This document shows, in pieces, positions 55,544-64,000 of a stretch of DNA of 64,000 bases; position 1 is the first letter of the stretch, and the number at the start of each line of letters is the position of its first letter. The position numbers were made by a program, and so were the translations under genes. The DNA is from Thermomicrobiales bacterium (GTDB taxonomy: Bacteria; Chloroflexota; Chloroflexia; Thermomicrobiales; UBA6265), in the NCBI GenBank assembly GCA_020432165.1, contig JAGQGU010000001.1, positions 273,705 to 337,704 of the forward strand, read 5' to 3'. The notes below the pieces were generated by a model. That model ran no database searches, was not told where the DNA came from, and worked only from the letters and a program-made list of their open reading frames with translations.

Positions 55544-56383
55544 ATGCTCACGAATTCCGTAACGACCGATGAACTCCCGACCACCCTCGCGACTGGACCA
55601 GGTGTCCTTATGCCGATTGGTGGCGCCGAGGACAAGCTGGACGATAAGGTCATCCTGAATGAATTCGTGCGGCTATCCGGCGGCAGCAAGGCCAGGATCG
55701 CGATCGTCCCGACCGCATCCTCAATCGAAACAGCAGGTCTGCGCTATAAGGCGATCTTCCTCGGATTGGGTGTAGAGAGCGCTGAAGTGATCTACATCGG
55801 ATCGCGGGAAGATGCGAACGACGATGAGACACTGGAGCTTGTCGCCAATGCCTCCGGCATCTTTCTCACTGGTGGTAACCAAATGCGCCTGAGCGCCATT
55901 ATTGGCGGCACGCGTTTGGAACAGATGGTGCGAGAGCGCCACGAAGCCGGTGCAGTTGTGGCAGGAACCAGCGCCGGTGCATCCATTCTTAGCGCTCACA
56001 TGGTGGCCATGGGAGCTAGCGGTGCCACACCGAAGCTGCGCATGGCGCAGATGTTTGCCGGATTCGGACTCATTAGTAACGTCATTATCGACCAGCATTT
56101 CCGTCAGCGCGATCGTATCGGTCGATTGCTGGCGCTCGTGGCTGGAAATCCTGGCTTGCTCGGCATCGGTATCGACGAGGATACATCGGTAGTCATTGAT
56201 AATGATGGCATTCTCCGGGTGGTAGGGCGCCACAGTGTCACCATTGTCGACGGGTCGCAGATGAAGAGCGATATCTTCGAGGTGAAACGCTACGGCGATA
56301 TCACCATTAGTGATGCTCGGCTCCACGTGTTGGGGCCAGGCAAACGATTTGATATGAATGCGCGTAAGATGCTGGTAGATTAG
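55544..56383 (+). CDS. cphB: Cyanophycinase (S51 peptidase)
   Basis: 279 aa from ATG 55544. Motifs are LMPIGGAEDK, IFLTGGNQMRL and the Ser nucleophile segment VAGTSAGASILS. It lies immediately upstream of cphA. Confidence 0.9.
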   Translation: MLTNSVTTDELPTTLATGPGVLMPIGGAEDKLDDKVILNEFVRLSGGSKARIAIVPTASSIETAGLRYKAIFLGLGVESAEVIYIGSREDANDDETLELVANASGIFLTGGNQMRLSAIIGGTRLEQMVRERHEAGAVVAGTSAGASILSAHMVAMGASGATPKLRMAQMFAGFGLISNVIIDQHFRQRDRIGRLLALVAGNPGLLGIGIDEDTSVVIDNDGILRVVGRHSVTIVDGSQMKSDIFEVKRYGDITISDARLHVLGPGKRFDMNARKMLVD

Positions 56384-56517
56384 AGCCAGTAAACCAGTAG
56401 CAGAATCGCAAGGCAACGGAGCCTCGCCTTTTCGAAAATGGCGGGGCTTTGGTGTACAACTCGAATACGACATGAGGCGGTAAGTACGCGGCGGTTGCGC
56501 CGGGGAGAGGGACCCAG

Positions 56518-59154
56518 ATGCTGAAGATTCTTGAGACCACCGTCTATCGCGGTCCGAACATTTGGGCACGCATGCCCGCGATCCGCTACGTCGTTGACAT
56601 TGGTGAGTTGGAAGATCGACCAACCAACAAAATTCCCGGATTCTACGAACACCTCACCGAGCTGCTGCCATCGCTTTACGATCACGGCTGTTCGCTCGGC
56701 CGACCAGGCGGATTCCTGCAGCGCATGCGCGAAGGCACCTGGATGGGTCACGTTCTCGAGCATGTCGCTCTGGAACTGCAGAACCTTGCCGGTGCCGAAG
56801 TTTCTCGCGGTAAGACACGCACAACCGGTGAGCGGGGTATCTACAATGTCATCTTTGCCTATGAGCAGGAGGATGTAGGACTCGCCGCCGGTGAGCTGGC
56901 GGTTCGCCTTCTCAACAACATCATCTATCACACCGAACCCGATGTTGACTTCATCAAGGAGCACGAGGAGAAGGTCATTAAGGTGGCCGAGCGCCTCGCC
57001 TATGGTCCGTCGACCGGTTCGATCGTGCAGGAAGCGGATCGCCGCGGCATCCCGCATCTCCGACTTGATCCCCGTCGATCCTTCGTGCAGCTTGGTCACG
57101 GCAAGTATCAGAAGCGTATCTGGGCGACGGTGACATCGGAGACCGCGAACATTGCTGTCGAAGTCGCCAGCAACAAGGAACTTACGAACCGACTCATGCA
57201 TGAGATCGGTATCCCGGTACCGCGTTCGGTCGTGGTGAACTCGGTCGATGAAGCCATTCGTCAGGCTGGACGCCTGCGCTACCCGGTGGTGATCAAGCCG
57301 CTGGATGGAAATCATGGCCGCGGTGTCTTCATCAATCTCACCAGTGCGGAGGATATCCGTGAGTTCTATCCCTCGGCATTGGCCGAGGCGCGTGGACGCA
57401 GCATCATCGTCGAGACCTATCTGCCCGGTCGCGACTATCGCATCCTCGTGGTGAACAATCAGGTTGTGGCGGTGGCCGAGCGCGTGCCGGCTCATGTAGT
57501 TGGCGACGGCAAGCACACCGTGCAACAGCTGATTGATATCACCAATGCTGATCCTCGCCGCGGTGTTGGTCACGAAAAGATTCTGACCAGAATCTCGGTC
57601 GATGGCCAGACAATGGAAGTGCTGGAACGCGATAATCGTACGCTGGAGACGGTGCCAGCCCCGGGTGAGTTTGTACAACTCAAGCTCACCGGCAATATGA
57701 GCACTGGTGGTACCTCGATCGATCGTACGGACGAGATTCACCCGGATAATCACGAGATTGCCCGTCAGGCCGCGATGGTGGTTGGGCTGGATATTGCCGG
57801 TATCGACTTCATCACACCGGATATCGCGCTCTCGGCGCGCGAGAATGGCGGTGGTATCGTCGAGGTCAACGCCGGACCTGGCTTCCGTATGCACACCAAT
57901 CCGACTGAAGGTCACCCGCGCCACGTGGGACGCGCCGTCGTCGACATGATGTTCCCGAAGGGCGCACCGAGTCGTGTGCCGATCGTGGCGGTAACCGGTA
58001 CAAACGGCAAAACCACCACCTCGCGCATGATCGGACACATCATGAAGGTGGCTGGTCGCACGGTGGGGCTCACCACCACCGATGGTATCTACATCGATGG
58101 CACCAAGATCCTCTCGGGAGATATGAGTGGTCCGACCAGTGCCCGTATGGTGCTGAAGAACCCAACGATCGACTACGCCGTGCTCGAAACCGCTCGCGGC
58201 GGTATTCTCCGCTCCGGTCTCGGTTTTGATCGCTGCAATATCGGTGTTGTCACCAATATCGCTGCCGATCACCTCGGCCTGAAGGGTATCGATTCGCTCT
58301 CCGAGTTGGCGCGGGTGAAGGAAGTTGTTGTCGCCAGCGTCATGCGTGATGGCGCCAGTGTTCTCAACGCTGACAACGAATACACCGCCAGCATGACCCG
58401 GGTGGCTCGTGGCGAGATCATCTTCTTCAGCATGGATGAAGACAATCCGGTCGTGCGGGAGCATATCCGCGCCAAAGGCCGGGCAGTGGTTCTACGGCAG
58501 ACACGTCAGGGCGAGATGATTACGATCATCGAGAATCGCCGGGAGACATCTCTGCTGGCCGTCTCGCAGATTCCTGCCACTATGGAAGGACGCATCCGCG
58601 TCAACATCGAGAATGCCATGGCCGCGGCCGCGGCGGCATTGGCCGACGACATCAATCTCGATTACATCCGCTTCGGTTTGCGCACCTTCATCAACAGCTT
58701 TGAGACTACGCCGGGTCGGTTCAACCTGCTCGATCTTGGCAGCAAGCGTGTGTTGATGGACTACTGCCACAATGTCGCGGGTCTTGAGTCCATGGCAGAT
58801 TTCGTCAGCCGCATGGATGCCGAACGCACCGTGGCGGTGATTAGCCTGCCTGGAGATCGCTCCGATGGCGACATGGAAGCTTTTGGCACATTGGCGGGCA
58901 AGGTCTTCGACAAGATCATCATTCGCGAGGATGACAATCGCCGTGGTCGTAAGCAGGGCGAGATCGCCGAGAATCTGCGTGCCGCTATGGAAAGCACCGG
59001 CAAGGACATGGCCGATGTGGAGATCATCCTGAACGAGATGGAAGCCTCCCAGGCTGCTGTCGATCGGTCAGAAAAGGGGGACCTTGTCATCCTTATGGTC
59101 GATAAGCCTACCGCTGTCTGGGCACAGCTGCAGGAGAACCACAAGGGCGCATAG
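56518..59154 (+). CDS. cphA: Cyanophycin synthetase (N + ATP-grasp G + Mur-ligase-like M domains)
   Basis: 878 aa. The N domain starts MLKILETTVYRGPNIW. The ATP-grasp segment is NKELTNRLMHEIGIPVP..PVVIKPLDGNHGRGV..VVEVNAGPGFRMH. The M domain has VTGTNGKTTTSRM..YAVLETARGG..NIAADHLG. Confidence 0.95.
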   Translation: MLKILETTVYRGPNIWARMPAIRYVVDIGELEDRPTNKIPGFYEHLTELLPSLYDHGCSLGRPGGFLQRMREGTWMGHVLEHVALELQNLAGAEVSRGKTRTTGERGIYNVIFAYEQEDVGLAAGELAVRLLNNIIYHTEPDVDFIKEHEEKVIKVAERLAYGPSTGSIVQEADRRGIPHLRLDPRRSFVQLGHGKYQKRIWATVTSETANIAVEVASNKELTNRLMHEIGIPVPRSVVVNSVDEAIRQAGRLRYPVVIKPLDGNHGRGVFINLTSAEDIREFYPSALAEARGRSIIVETYLPGRDYRILVVNNQVVAVAERVPAHVVGDGKHTVQQLIDITNADPRRGVGHEKILTRISVDGQTMEVLERDNRTLETVPAPGEFVQLKLTGNMSTGGTSIDRTDEIHPDNHEIARQAAMVVGLDIAGIDFITPDIALSARENGGGIVEVNAGPGFRMHTNPTEGHPRHVGRAVVDMMFPKGAPSRVPIVAVTGTNGKTTTSRMIGHIMKVAGRTVGLTTTDGIYIDGTKILSGDMSGPTSARMVLKNPTIDYAVLETARGGILRSGLGFDRCNIGVVTNIAADHLGLKGIDSLSELARVKEVVVASVMRDGASVLNADNEYTASMTRVARGEIIFFSMDEDNPVVREHIRAKGRAVVLRQTRQGEMITIIENRRETSLLAVSQIPATMEGRIRVNIENAMAAAAAALADDINLDYIRFGLRTFINSFETTPGRFNLLDLGSKRVLMDYCHNVAGLESMADFVSRMDAERTVAVISLPGDRSDGDMEAFGTLAGKVFDKIIIREDDNRRGRKQGEIAENLRAAMESTGKDMADVEIILNEMEASQAAVDRSEKGDLVILMVDKPTAVWAQLQENHKGA

Positions 59155-59189
59155 AGCCGATTCCGGATGTACTGACACACCCACGGACT

Positions 59190-59240
59190 GGTAGCGGGGC
59201 AGTTTATCTGCCCCAAGGGGAGACAAGCTCCCCTGCTACC
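59190..59240 (+). other. Three-way-junction-like element after cphA
   Basis: The outer stem is GGTAGC (59190-95) with GCTACC (59235-40). It encloses hairpin GGGGCAG-TTTAT-CTGCCCC (59196-59214) and hairpin GGGGAG-ACAAG-CTCCCC (59217-59233). All stems are perfect. Confidence 0.45.
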
Positions 59241-59324
59241 GATCTTATACATGACAACATGTAGCGAATCCGCTGTAACCCGGGATTAAGGGGGCCCGAG
59301 ACCCCATTCGACAACTCAGAAATC

Positions 59325-59365
59325 CCCGAGTGGGCGACCGTTCACGGTCGCCCACTCGGGTTCTT
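59325..59365. terminator. Bidirectional hairpin between convergent cphA and MFS genes
   Basis: CCCGAGTGGGCGACCG (59325-59340) pairs with CGGTCGCCCACTCGGG (59345-59360), a perfect 16 bp stem with loop TTCA, followed by TTCTT. Confidence 0.7.
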
Positions 59366-59370
59366 AACCC

Positions 59371-60663
59371 CTATCCAATATGCTCGGGCTCTTCAACTTC
59401 CGGCAAATCAGCCAACCGCGATGCCAACTGCGGCACCATTCGCACCGCACCAATTGCAGCCAGAATCGTGCCAACACCACCAATCGCCACGGCGGCCGGT
59501 GCACCCATGGTGCTTGCCATGATGCCGGCACGGAACTCGCCGAGTTGTGGACCACCCATGGCGAACATCGAGTGGGCGGAGGCGATGCGTCCGCGATAGG
59601 CATCCGGCGTAACGAGGTTGCGAATCGTGTGTCGCATCGCCATCGAGATTGAGTCCGCAGCCCCTGTGCCGGCCAGGAAGAGGAGCGCAAGCCACAGATT
59701 ACTACTGAGTCCAAAGCCGACAATGCACGCTCCGTAGCCGATCACACAGGCTACCATGCCCAATCCCGGACGCACCGGCATGCGCATCAGGCCGAAGACC
59801 AGGCTGCCAACGACCGCGCCAGCCGCCGGCGCGCTCAGGAGCAGACCGAGCCGATTGGCACCGCCACCGAAGATCTCATCCGCAAAGATCGGCAGCAGAT
59901 TGCTGAACGCACCGAAGAATGTTGCGATGAAGTCAAGTCCCATCACGGTGAGTAGAATCGGCGTTTGCCAGAGGAACACGAACCCGGCCTTGATCGCGGT
60001 CAGCCCACGCTCGGTGTGAGTGTGAATCTCTGGTCGCGCCTTGATCGCCAGCGCCGCGACGATCACCGCCAGGAAGCCGATGGCATTGAGGCCGTAGACG
60101 ATTGCAAGGGAGGTGCTTGCGATGAGAATACCGCCAACTGCAGGACCAACCACGCTCGCCGCCTGCATGGCCAGGTTCGCCATGGTGGCCGCGCCGGCAA
60201 GCTCGCTCCGTGGCACCAGATTCGGGATCAGGGCTTGTCTTGCTGGTCCGGCAAGGGCGTTGATGGCGGCGCTGGCAAACGTCACAGCGTAGATAACCAG
60301 GAGGGTATCGTGACCGCTGGCGGTCGCCAGGACCAGCACGACTGAAGAGACCAGCAAGGCTATGTGCGTCCAGACCAGAATCATCCGACGATCACCGCGA
60401 TCGGCGACCACACCGCCGAAGAGTCCGAAGATGATGACTGGTGCGAAGCGGATGAGACCCAGGAGACCGAGCAGAAGTGCATCGCCGGTAAGCTCATACA
60501 CTTGCCAGGTAATGGCCATGCGCTGAATCTGCCAACCGAGGATGGAGAGGGTATCGGCGAGCCAGAGCTTGCGGAAATCTGCATGCCTGAGCGTAGAGAA
60601 TGCGTTGTTGGCAGGCACAGATAACCCCGGCGTCAGACGGACATAATCGTCCGATTCTTCCAT
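59371..60663 (-). CDS. MFS transporter
   Basis: 430 aa with 12 hydrophobic segments and an MFS-like loop motif (GGVVADRGDRRMIL). Confidence 0.85.
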   Translation of the reverse strand: MEESDDYVRLTPGLSVPANNAFSTLRHADFRKLWLADTLSILGWQIQRMAITWQVYELTGDALLLGLLGLIRFAPVIIFGLFGGVVADRGDRRMILVWTHIALLVSSVVLVLATASGHDTLLVIYAVTFASAAINALAGPARQALIPNLVPRSELAGAATMANLAMQAASVVGPAVGGILIASTSLAIVYGLNAIGFLAVIVAALAIKARPEIHTHTERGLTAIKAGFVFLWQTPILLTVMGLDFIATFFGAFSNLLPIFADEIFGGGANRLGLLLSAPAAGAVVGSLVFGLMRMPVRPGLGMVACVIGYGACIVGFGLSSNLWLALLFLAGTGAADSISMAMRHTIRNLVTPDAYRGRIASAHSMFAMGGPQLGEFRAGIMASTMGAPAAVAIGGVGTILAAIGAVRMVPQLASRLADLPEVEEPEHIG

Positions 60664-60751
60664 ATTCGCGGATGATGGTCAATTCCGGGTTTGCCCGGTC
60701 GTGTATCGACTAAGCTTTCACAGATAGCAAGATATACACAGGAGACTATTC

Positions 60752-61279
60752 ATGTCAGATTCATTAGCCGGTGCCTTGAGCCGCGAGCAGCTTCATGCCC
60801 TCATCCTGAGTGATCAACCGTTGTTGACTGAGTTGCAGGATCTGGAGACGCAGTTGCAACCGAACGGTATCGATCTCACGCTGCGTGAGGTTGCCCATCA
60901 TAGTGGGCAGGGTGCAATGGGGATAGATTCTGCGGACCGCGTGTTGCCAGAACTTGAGCCGCTGGAGTTCGATGCTGATGGTTGGCTTGATCTGGCACCA
61001 GGTATCTACCACATTGTCTACAACGAAGTGGTCGATATTCCCACCAGCCTGATGGCGCTGGGACGTCCCAGAAGTAGTCTGGCGCGCTGCGGTGTGAGTA
61101 TTGTCACCGCGGTCTGGGATGCTGGTTATAACGGTCGATCCACGAGCCTGCTGGTGGTGCACAATCCCGCTGGATTCCGGGTACAGCGTAATAGTCGGGT
61201 CATGCAGCTCGTCTTCTTCGGCATGAGCGAAGCCCCCGCCGATGGCTACCGTGGACGCTACCAGGGCGAGAATCTGTAG
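60752..61279 (+). CDS. dCTP deaminase / dUTPase superfamily protein
   Basis: 175 aa. LQPNGIDLTLREV, GRPRSSLARCGV and VWDAGYNGRSTSLLVVHNP match the trimeric Dcd/Dut beta-barrel family pattern. Confidence 0.75.
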   Translation: MSDSLAGALSREQLHALILSDQPLLTELQDLETQLQPNGIDLTLREVAHHSGQGAMGIDSADRVLPELEPLEFDADGWLDLAPGIYHIVYNEVVDIPTSLMALGRPRSSLARCGVSIVTAVWDAGYNGRSTSLLVVHNPAGFRVQRNSRVMQLVFFGMSEAPADGYRGRYQGENL

Positions 61280-61286
61280 CACAGCG

Positions 61287-61321
61287 ATCACGAGCCCGTG
61301 GATCAACCACGGGCTCGTGAT
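61287..61321. terminator. Perfect 15-bp hairpin between convergent genes
   Basis: ATCACGAGCCCGTGG (61287-61301) pairs with CCACGGGCTCGTGAT (61307-61321) around loop ATCAA. There is only a minimal T tail. Confidence 0.5.
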
Positions 61322-61435
61322 TCATGCCGTCATTCCGAACCCTGAGCAAGGGGAAGGGAGGAATCAACCGAACAATCGGTAGCCTGGTGACTGGTTACTC
61401 CTGGTCGACGCTACGGAATTGCCGAGAAGAGTTCC

Positions 61436-61705
61436 CTAGTCGTTCACCCGTGCAAAAGATGGGCGCTCTGGCGCGGCACCAGGGATAGCCGCCTGATTGC
61501 GGCGGACAACGCGCTCCGCGCTATAGCTACAATCATCGTGTGGGCAGACGTAAATCAGCGTATACTCACTCGACGTCTGGTCGAAGAATCGCGCTGGTCG
61601 GCCAACCTTGCCGCGCAAACGTAGCTCAACGCCATGATCTGGGCAGATCGGTGCATCTGCATCTTCAATACGTTCATTTGCCAGACGCTGCTTCAAGGTT
61701 GCCAT
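61436..61705 (-). CDS. Small hypothetical protein with zinc-ribbon-like Cys/His pairs
   Basis: 89 aa from ATG 61705 (MATLKQRLANE..). It contains CPDH and, about 40 aa later, CPHDDC. The RBS is weak. The N-terminal extension in the ORF track looks non-coding. Confidence 0.4.
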   Translation of the reverse strand: MATLKQRLANERIEDADAPICPDHGVELRLRGKVGRPARFFDQTSSEYTLIYVCPHDDCSYSAERVVRRNQAAIPGAAPERPSFARVND

Positions 61706-61767
61706 AGGTTTGCTTTCTGCCTCAGGACGCGACAATTTCACACGATCCAAGTATACGAGATGATGCC

Positions 61768-62280
61768 ATGGATGATCGAAACGAAAACGAAGTCTCCGAG
61801 CTGCAGGATTCTGTCGCGCCGGAGAATCTGCCCACGCCACTGAATGATGTGGAGTTCTTCTTGCGTCTGCGTGATCTGGTTCGCACCGAGTATCTGTGGA
61901 AATGGGATGCCGATGCCGAAGATGCCAAGACAATCATCAAGGCGATCCAGCGTAGTCTCAAGAGTTCCGGTGGGTTTCGGCTCGTTGGCGATATCGAGGT
62001 AGAGGACGATCTCTTCGATCTTCGTCTCTGGCTGGAAGAACCGCTCGCCTTCACACTCGGTGATGTCGATGTGATGCTCCTGGAGGCACTTGCGCTTGAT
62101 CTTGGCAGAGGCACACTCTTCGTACGCGAGATGACCCGCACCGGTCTGGTCTATCACATCCTCAGCTTCGGCGAGGGTAGGGCACGGCAATTGCAGATCA
62201 ACGTGATCGGCCCGAGAATGCAGCAGATTCGTGATCTTGGTACACTCACCGTCTCTTCCGTCGATTCATTCAGCGCCTGA
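61768..62280 (+). CDS. Hypothetical acidic protein (170 aa)
   Basis: ORF of reasonable length, divergent from 61436..61705. No recognised domain. Confidence 0.5.
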   Translation: MDDRNENEVSELQDSVAPENLPTPLNDVEFFLRLRDLVRTEYLWKWDADAEDAKTIIKAIQRSLKSSGGFRLVGDIEVEDDLFDLRLWLEEPLAFTLGDVDVMLLEALALDLGRGTLFVREMTRTGLVYHILSFGEGRARQLQINVIGPRMQQIRDLGTLTVSSVDSFSA

Positions 62281-62309
62281 TTGGGTTTAGGCGATGGCAG
62301 CGGCTATAC

Positions 62310-62582
62310 TTCTGCTTGTCGTGCTAGACGGGGAGTTAGCGGTGCCCTGTACCCGCAACCCGCTCCAGCGGGGTTGAATTCCCTCTCGAGGCTCGGCTTT
62401 GCAGGACTGTTCCGATACGGAGTGTTGAACATCGGGTCTCACACGGCGGGGAACTGTGAATCAGGTCAGGACCGGAAGGTAGCAGCCTTAAGCAGCACTC
62501 TTCGGGTGATGTGAGGTTTCCCGGTGGGAGCTCACGACCGGCAATAAGCTGGAAGGTTCTTGTCGACAGAGGGTGCACGACT
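62310..62582 (+). ncRNA. ffs: Signal recognition particle RNA, long (Bacillus-type, with Alu domain)
   Basis: The 5' Alu-domain sequence GTCGTGCTAGACGGGGAGTTAGCGGTGCCCTGTACCCGCAACCCGCTCCAGCGGGG is close to the B. subtilis scRNA 5' end. The S-domain core is CAGGTCAGGACCGGAAGGTAGCAGCC. The 3' end CGACAGAGGGTGCACGAC pairs with the 5' GTCGTGC. Confidence 0.9.
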
Positions 62583-62596
62583 TTCACCCTGAATGC

Positions 62597-62631
62597 AAAA
62601 GCGGCTCCACATACGGAGCCGCTTTCGTGTT
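62597..62631. terminator. Hairpin terminator after SRP RNA (also faces the convergent minus-strand gene)
   Basis: AAAGCGGCTCC (62598-62608) pairs with GGAGCCGCTTT (62615-62625) around a 6-nt loop. It is flanked by an A run 5' and a T-containing tail 3'. Confidence 0.75.
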
Positions 62632-62645
62632 GTCTGGAGTGATAG

Positions 62646-63032
62646 CTATCTGGCTGCCTTGCGAGTCTGGAGCCGGGCATCGTTCAAACCGCGCGTCTCG
62701 CGATCCGCTGGCGCCTGTCGCCAGAGCCAAACGCTCACCGCGATCAGTGCCAACCAACTCAACAGAATCCAGATTCCGCGACCAAGGGTGATTGGATCGA
62801 TCTGTAACAGGCGGATGATGCCGAAGAACATCCCGATACCACTCATCCAGCCGACCCAGCCGCAGACTTTGCTGACAAATCCCTGTGTGTACCTGCCATT
62901 GAATGGCCAGGACCCCGGTCGTGTGGCCAGAATTGCGGCGCCAACGGTGCCTACGGTGAAGATCGCCAGGCTGAGCAATGCCAGCCAATGGTTTGCTTCA
63001 TCGGGAGTCGGGCGGGTAAACAACCAATCCAT
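62646..63032 (-). CDS. Hypothetical membrane protein downstream of sdhB
   Basis: 128 aa with four hydrophobic segments. It starts 4 nt after the sdhB stop. No recognised domain. Confidence 0.6.
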   Translation of the reverse strand: MDWLFTRPTPDEANHWLALLSLAIFTVGTVGAAILATRPGSWPFNGRYTQGFVSKVCGWVGWMSGIGMFFGIIRLLQIDPITLGRGIWILLSWLALIAVSVWLWRQAPADRETRGLNDARLQTRKAAR

Positions 63033-63035
63033 ACG

Positions 63036-63734
63036 CTACTGATCTCCGAAAATCAGGGCTCTCTTCACCTGCTCAATTGCTTCTGTCACCTTGATATCAC
63101 GCGGACAGGCATCAGTGCAATTGAAGACGGTTCGGCAGCGCCACACGCCGGTACCCTTGTTCAGAATCTGCAAGCGCTCGGCACCGGCCTGGTCGCGGCT
63201 ATCAAAGATGAATCGGTGCGCATTCACGATCGCTGCCGGACCAACAAAGTCATCGCTCATCCAGGTTACCGGGCAGCTGGTGGTGCAGGCAGCGCAGAGA
63301 ATGCACTTGGTGGTGTCATCGAAGAGGTGTCGCTCTTCCGGGCTCTGCAGTCGCTCCCCGTGGGCCGGCGGGTTATCGGCAATAAGGTATGGCTTCACGG
63401 ACTTGTACTTGTCGAAGAAGCCATCCATATCGACCAGAAGGTCTTTTTCGATACGGAATCCCATCAGGGGTTCGAGCGTAACGCGCTTGCCCAGATCCTG
63501 CATGAGCACCTTGCACGCCAGACGATTGCGACCATTGATACGCATCGCGTCGGAGCCACAGATGCCGTGACCACACGAGCGTCGGTAGGTGAGGGTACCA
63601 TCCTGATACCACTTGACCTGATTCAACGCATCCAGCACACGATCACGCGGGTCCACCTCGACCGCGTACTCCTCGAAATGCGCCTTTTTGTCCGTTTCCG
63701 GATTGAAGCGCTTAATCCTGAGCGTGACTTCCAT
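63036..63734 (-). CDS. sdhB: Succinate dehydrogenase / fumarate reductase iron-sulfur subunit
   Basis: 2Fe-2S region SCGHGICGSDAMRINGRNRLAC, then 4Fe-4S/3Fe-4S motifs CILCAACTTSCP and CRTVFNCTDACPRD. Confidence 0.95.
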   Translation of the reverse strand: MEVTLRIKRFNPETDKKAHFEEYAVEVDPRDRVLDALNQVKWYQDGTLTYRRSCGHGICGSDAMRINGRNRLACKVLMQDLGKRVTLEPLMGFRIEKDLLVDMDGFFDKYKSVKPYLIADNPPAHGERLQSPEERHLFDDTTKCILCAACTTSCPVTWMSDDFVGPAAIVNAHRFIFDSRDQAGAERLQILNKGTGVWRCRTVFNCTDACPRDIKVTEAIEQVKRALIFGDQ

Positions 63735-63784
63735 AGCTCTTGCCTCTCCCTGCGCGAACGCACGTTGCTTCGCTTCATTGTAAA

Positions 63785-64000
63785 TCAGTACGTGCGTTCT
63801 TTGGGCTCAAATCTCGTGATTGTCACAGGTTTGTATGTCATCAGCGGGCCATCGGGGCCGTTATGCGCCACCGTATGCTTCAGCCAGCCCGCGTCATCGC
63901 GCGATGTGAAGTCGGCACGATAGTGAGCACCTCGGCTCTCCTGCCGATCCAGCGCGCCCACGCACATGACTTCCGCGATGTTGAGCATGTGACCAAGCTC
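63785..64000 (-). CDS. sdhA: Succinate dehydrogenase / fumarate reductase flavoprotein subunit, C-terminal end (5' part outside window)
   Basis: The ORF runs in-frame to the window edge. Its tail ..CVGALDRQESRGAHYRADF..TYKPVTITRFEPKERTY is the conserved SdhA/FrdA C-terminus. Confidence 0.9.
   Translation of the reverse strand, partial: ELGHMLNIAEVMCVGALDRQESRGAHYRADFTSRDDAGWLKHTVAHNGPDGPLMTYKPVTITRFEPKERTY

Noticed and set aside
56380-58464. 694-aa ORF on the minus strand
   Set aside because: It is antisense to cphA, so it is a shadow ORF. The same reasoning applies to 55721..56623 (antisense to cphB), 41258..42241 and 42248..42901 (antisense to the CphA-like gene), 44632..45669, 45682..46560, 47240..48235, 52636..53619 and 54418..55212.
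1-64000. Search for CRISPR arrays, rRNA genes, additional tRNAs, intact IS elements or prophage genes
   Set aside because: No regularly spaced direct repeats were seen by eye. There were no rRNA-like conserved blocks and no second T-arm (GTTCGA/GTTCAA with flanking stems). No intact transposase, integrase, capsid or terminase ORFs were found. Only the two short transposase relics are reported.

Overview
The window is a GC-rich bacterial chromosomal segment. It is densely coded on both strands and carries many long antisense shadow ORFs. The gene mix suggests a Chloroflexota / Thermomicrobia-like organism: a T-box leader, a long Bacillus-type SRP RNA with an Alu domain, a bacterial translin, and an rpsF-ssb-rpsR operon. 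That taxonomic call is inference, not measurement.

Most of the window is housekeeping:
- DNA and partition: dprA (3' end), topA, ssb, rnhB, yraN, parB.
- Translation: leuS behind a T-box, hisS, rpsF, rpsR, rplS, and prfB with the classical +1 frameshift.
- Metabolism: ROK glucokinase, ilvE-like aminotransferase, otsB, gcvPB, moaA, moaB, a yitJ-like homocysteine methyltransferase/MTHFR fusion, sdhB and sdhA (3' end).
- RNA genes: one tRNA-Ala(GGC) and the SRP RNA.

Items that stand out:
1. A cphB-cphA cyanophycin locus, plus a second collinear cyanophycin-synthetase paralog 14 kb away that has the N and Mur-ligase (M) domains but lacks the whole ATP-grasp (G) domain.
2. A short CysRS-family ligase whose length and motifs look more like MshC than canonical CysRS.
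3. An accessory patch at about 22.8-28.4 kb. It holds a 1182-aa leaderless M6-like metalloprotease, two transposase relics, a leaderless DUF4352x2-SH3 protein and a ~25-nt imperfect direct repeat. The second repeat copy overlaps the predicted leuS promoter.
4. A lower-GC cassette of three small unknown genes between prfB and parB.
5. A stand-alone PD-(D/E)XK-motif protein.
6. A structured leader with mutually exclusive pairings upstream of the yitJ-like gene.

No CRISPR array, rRNA or intact mobile element was seen. All homology calls rest on motif recognition by eye; no database search was run.
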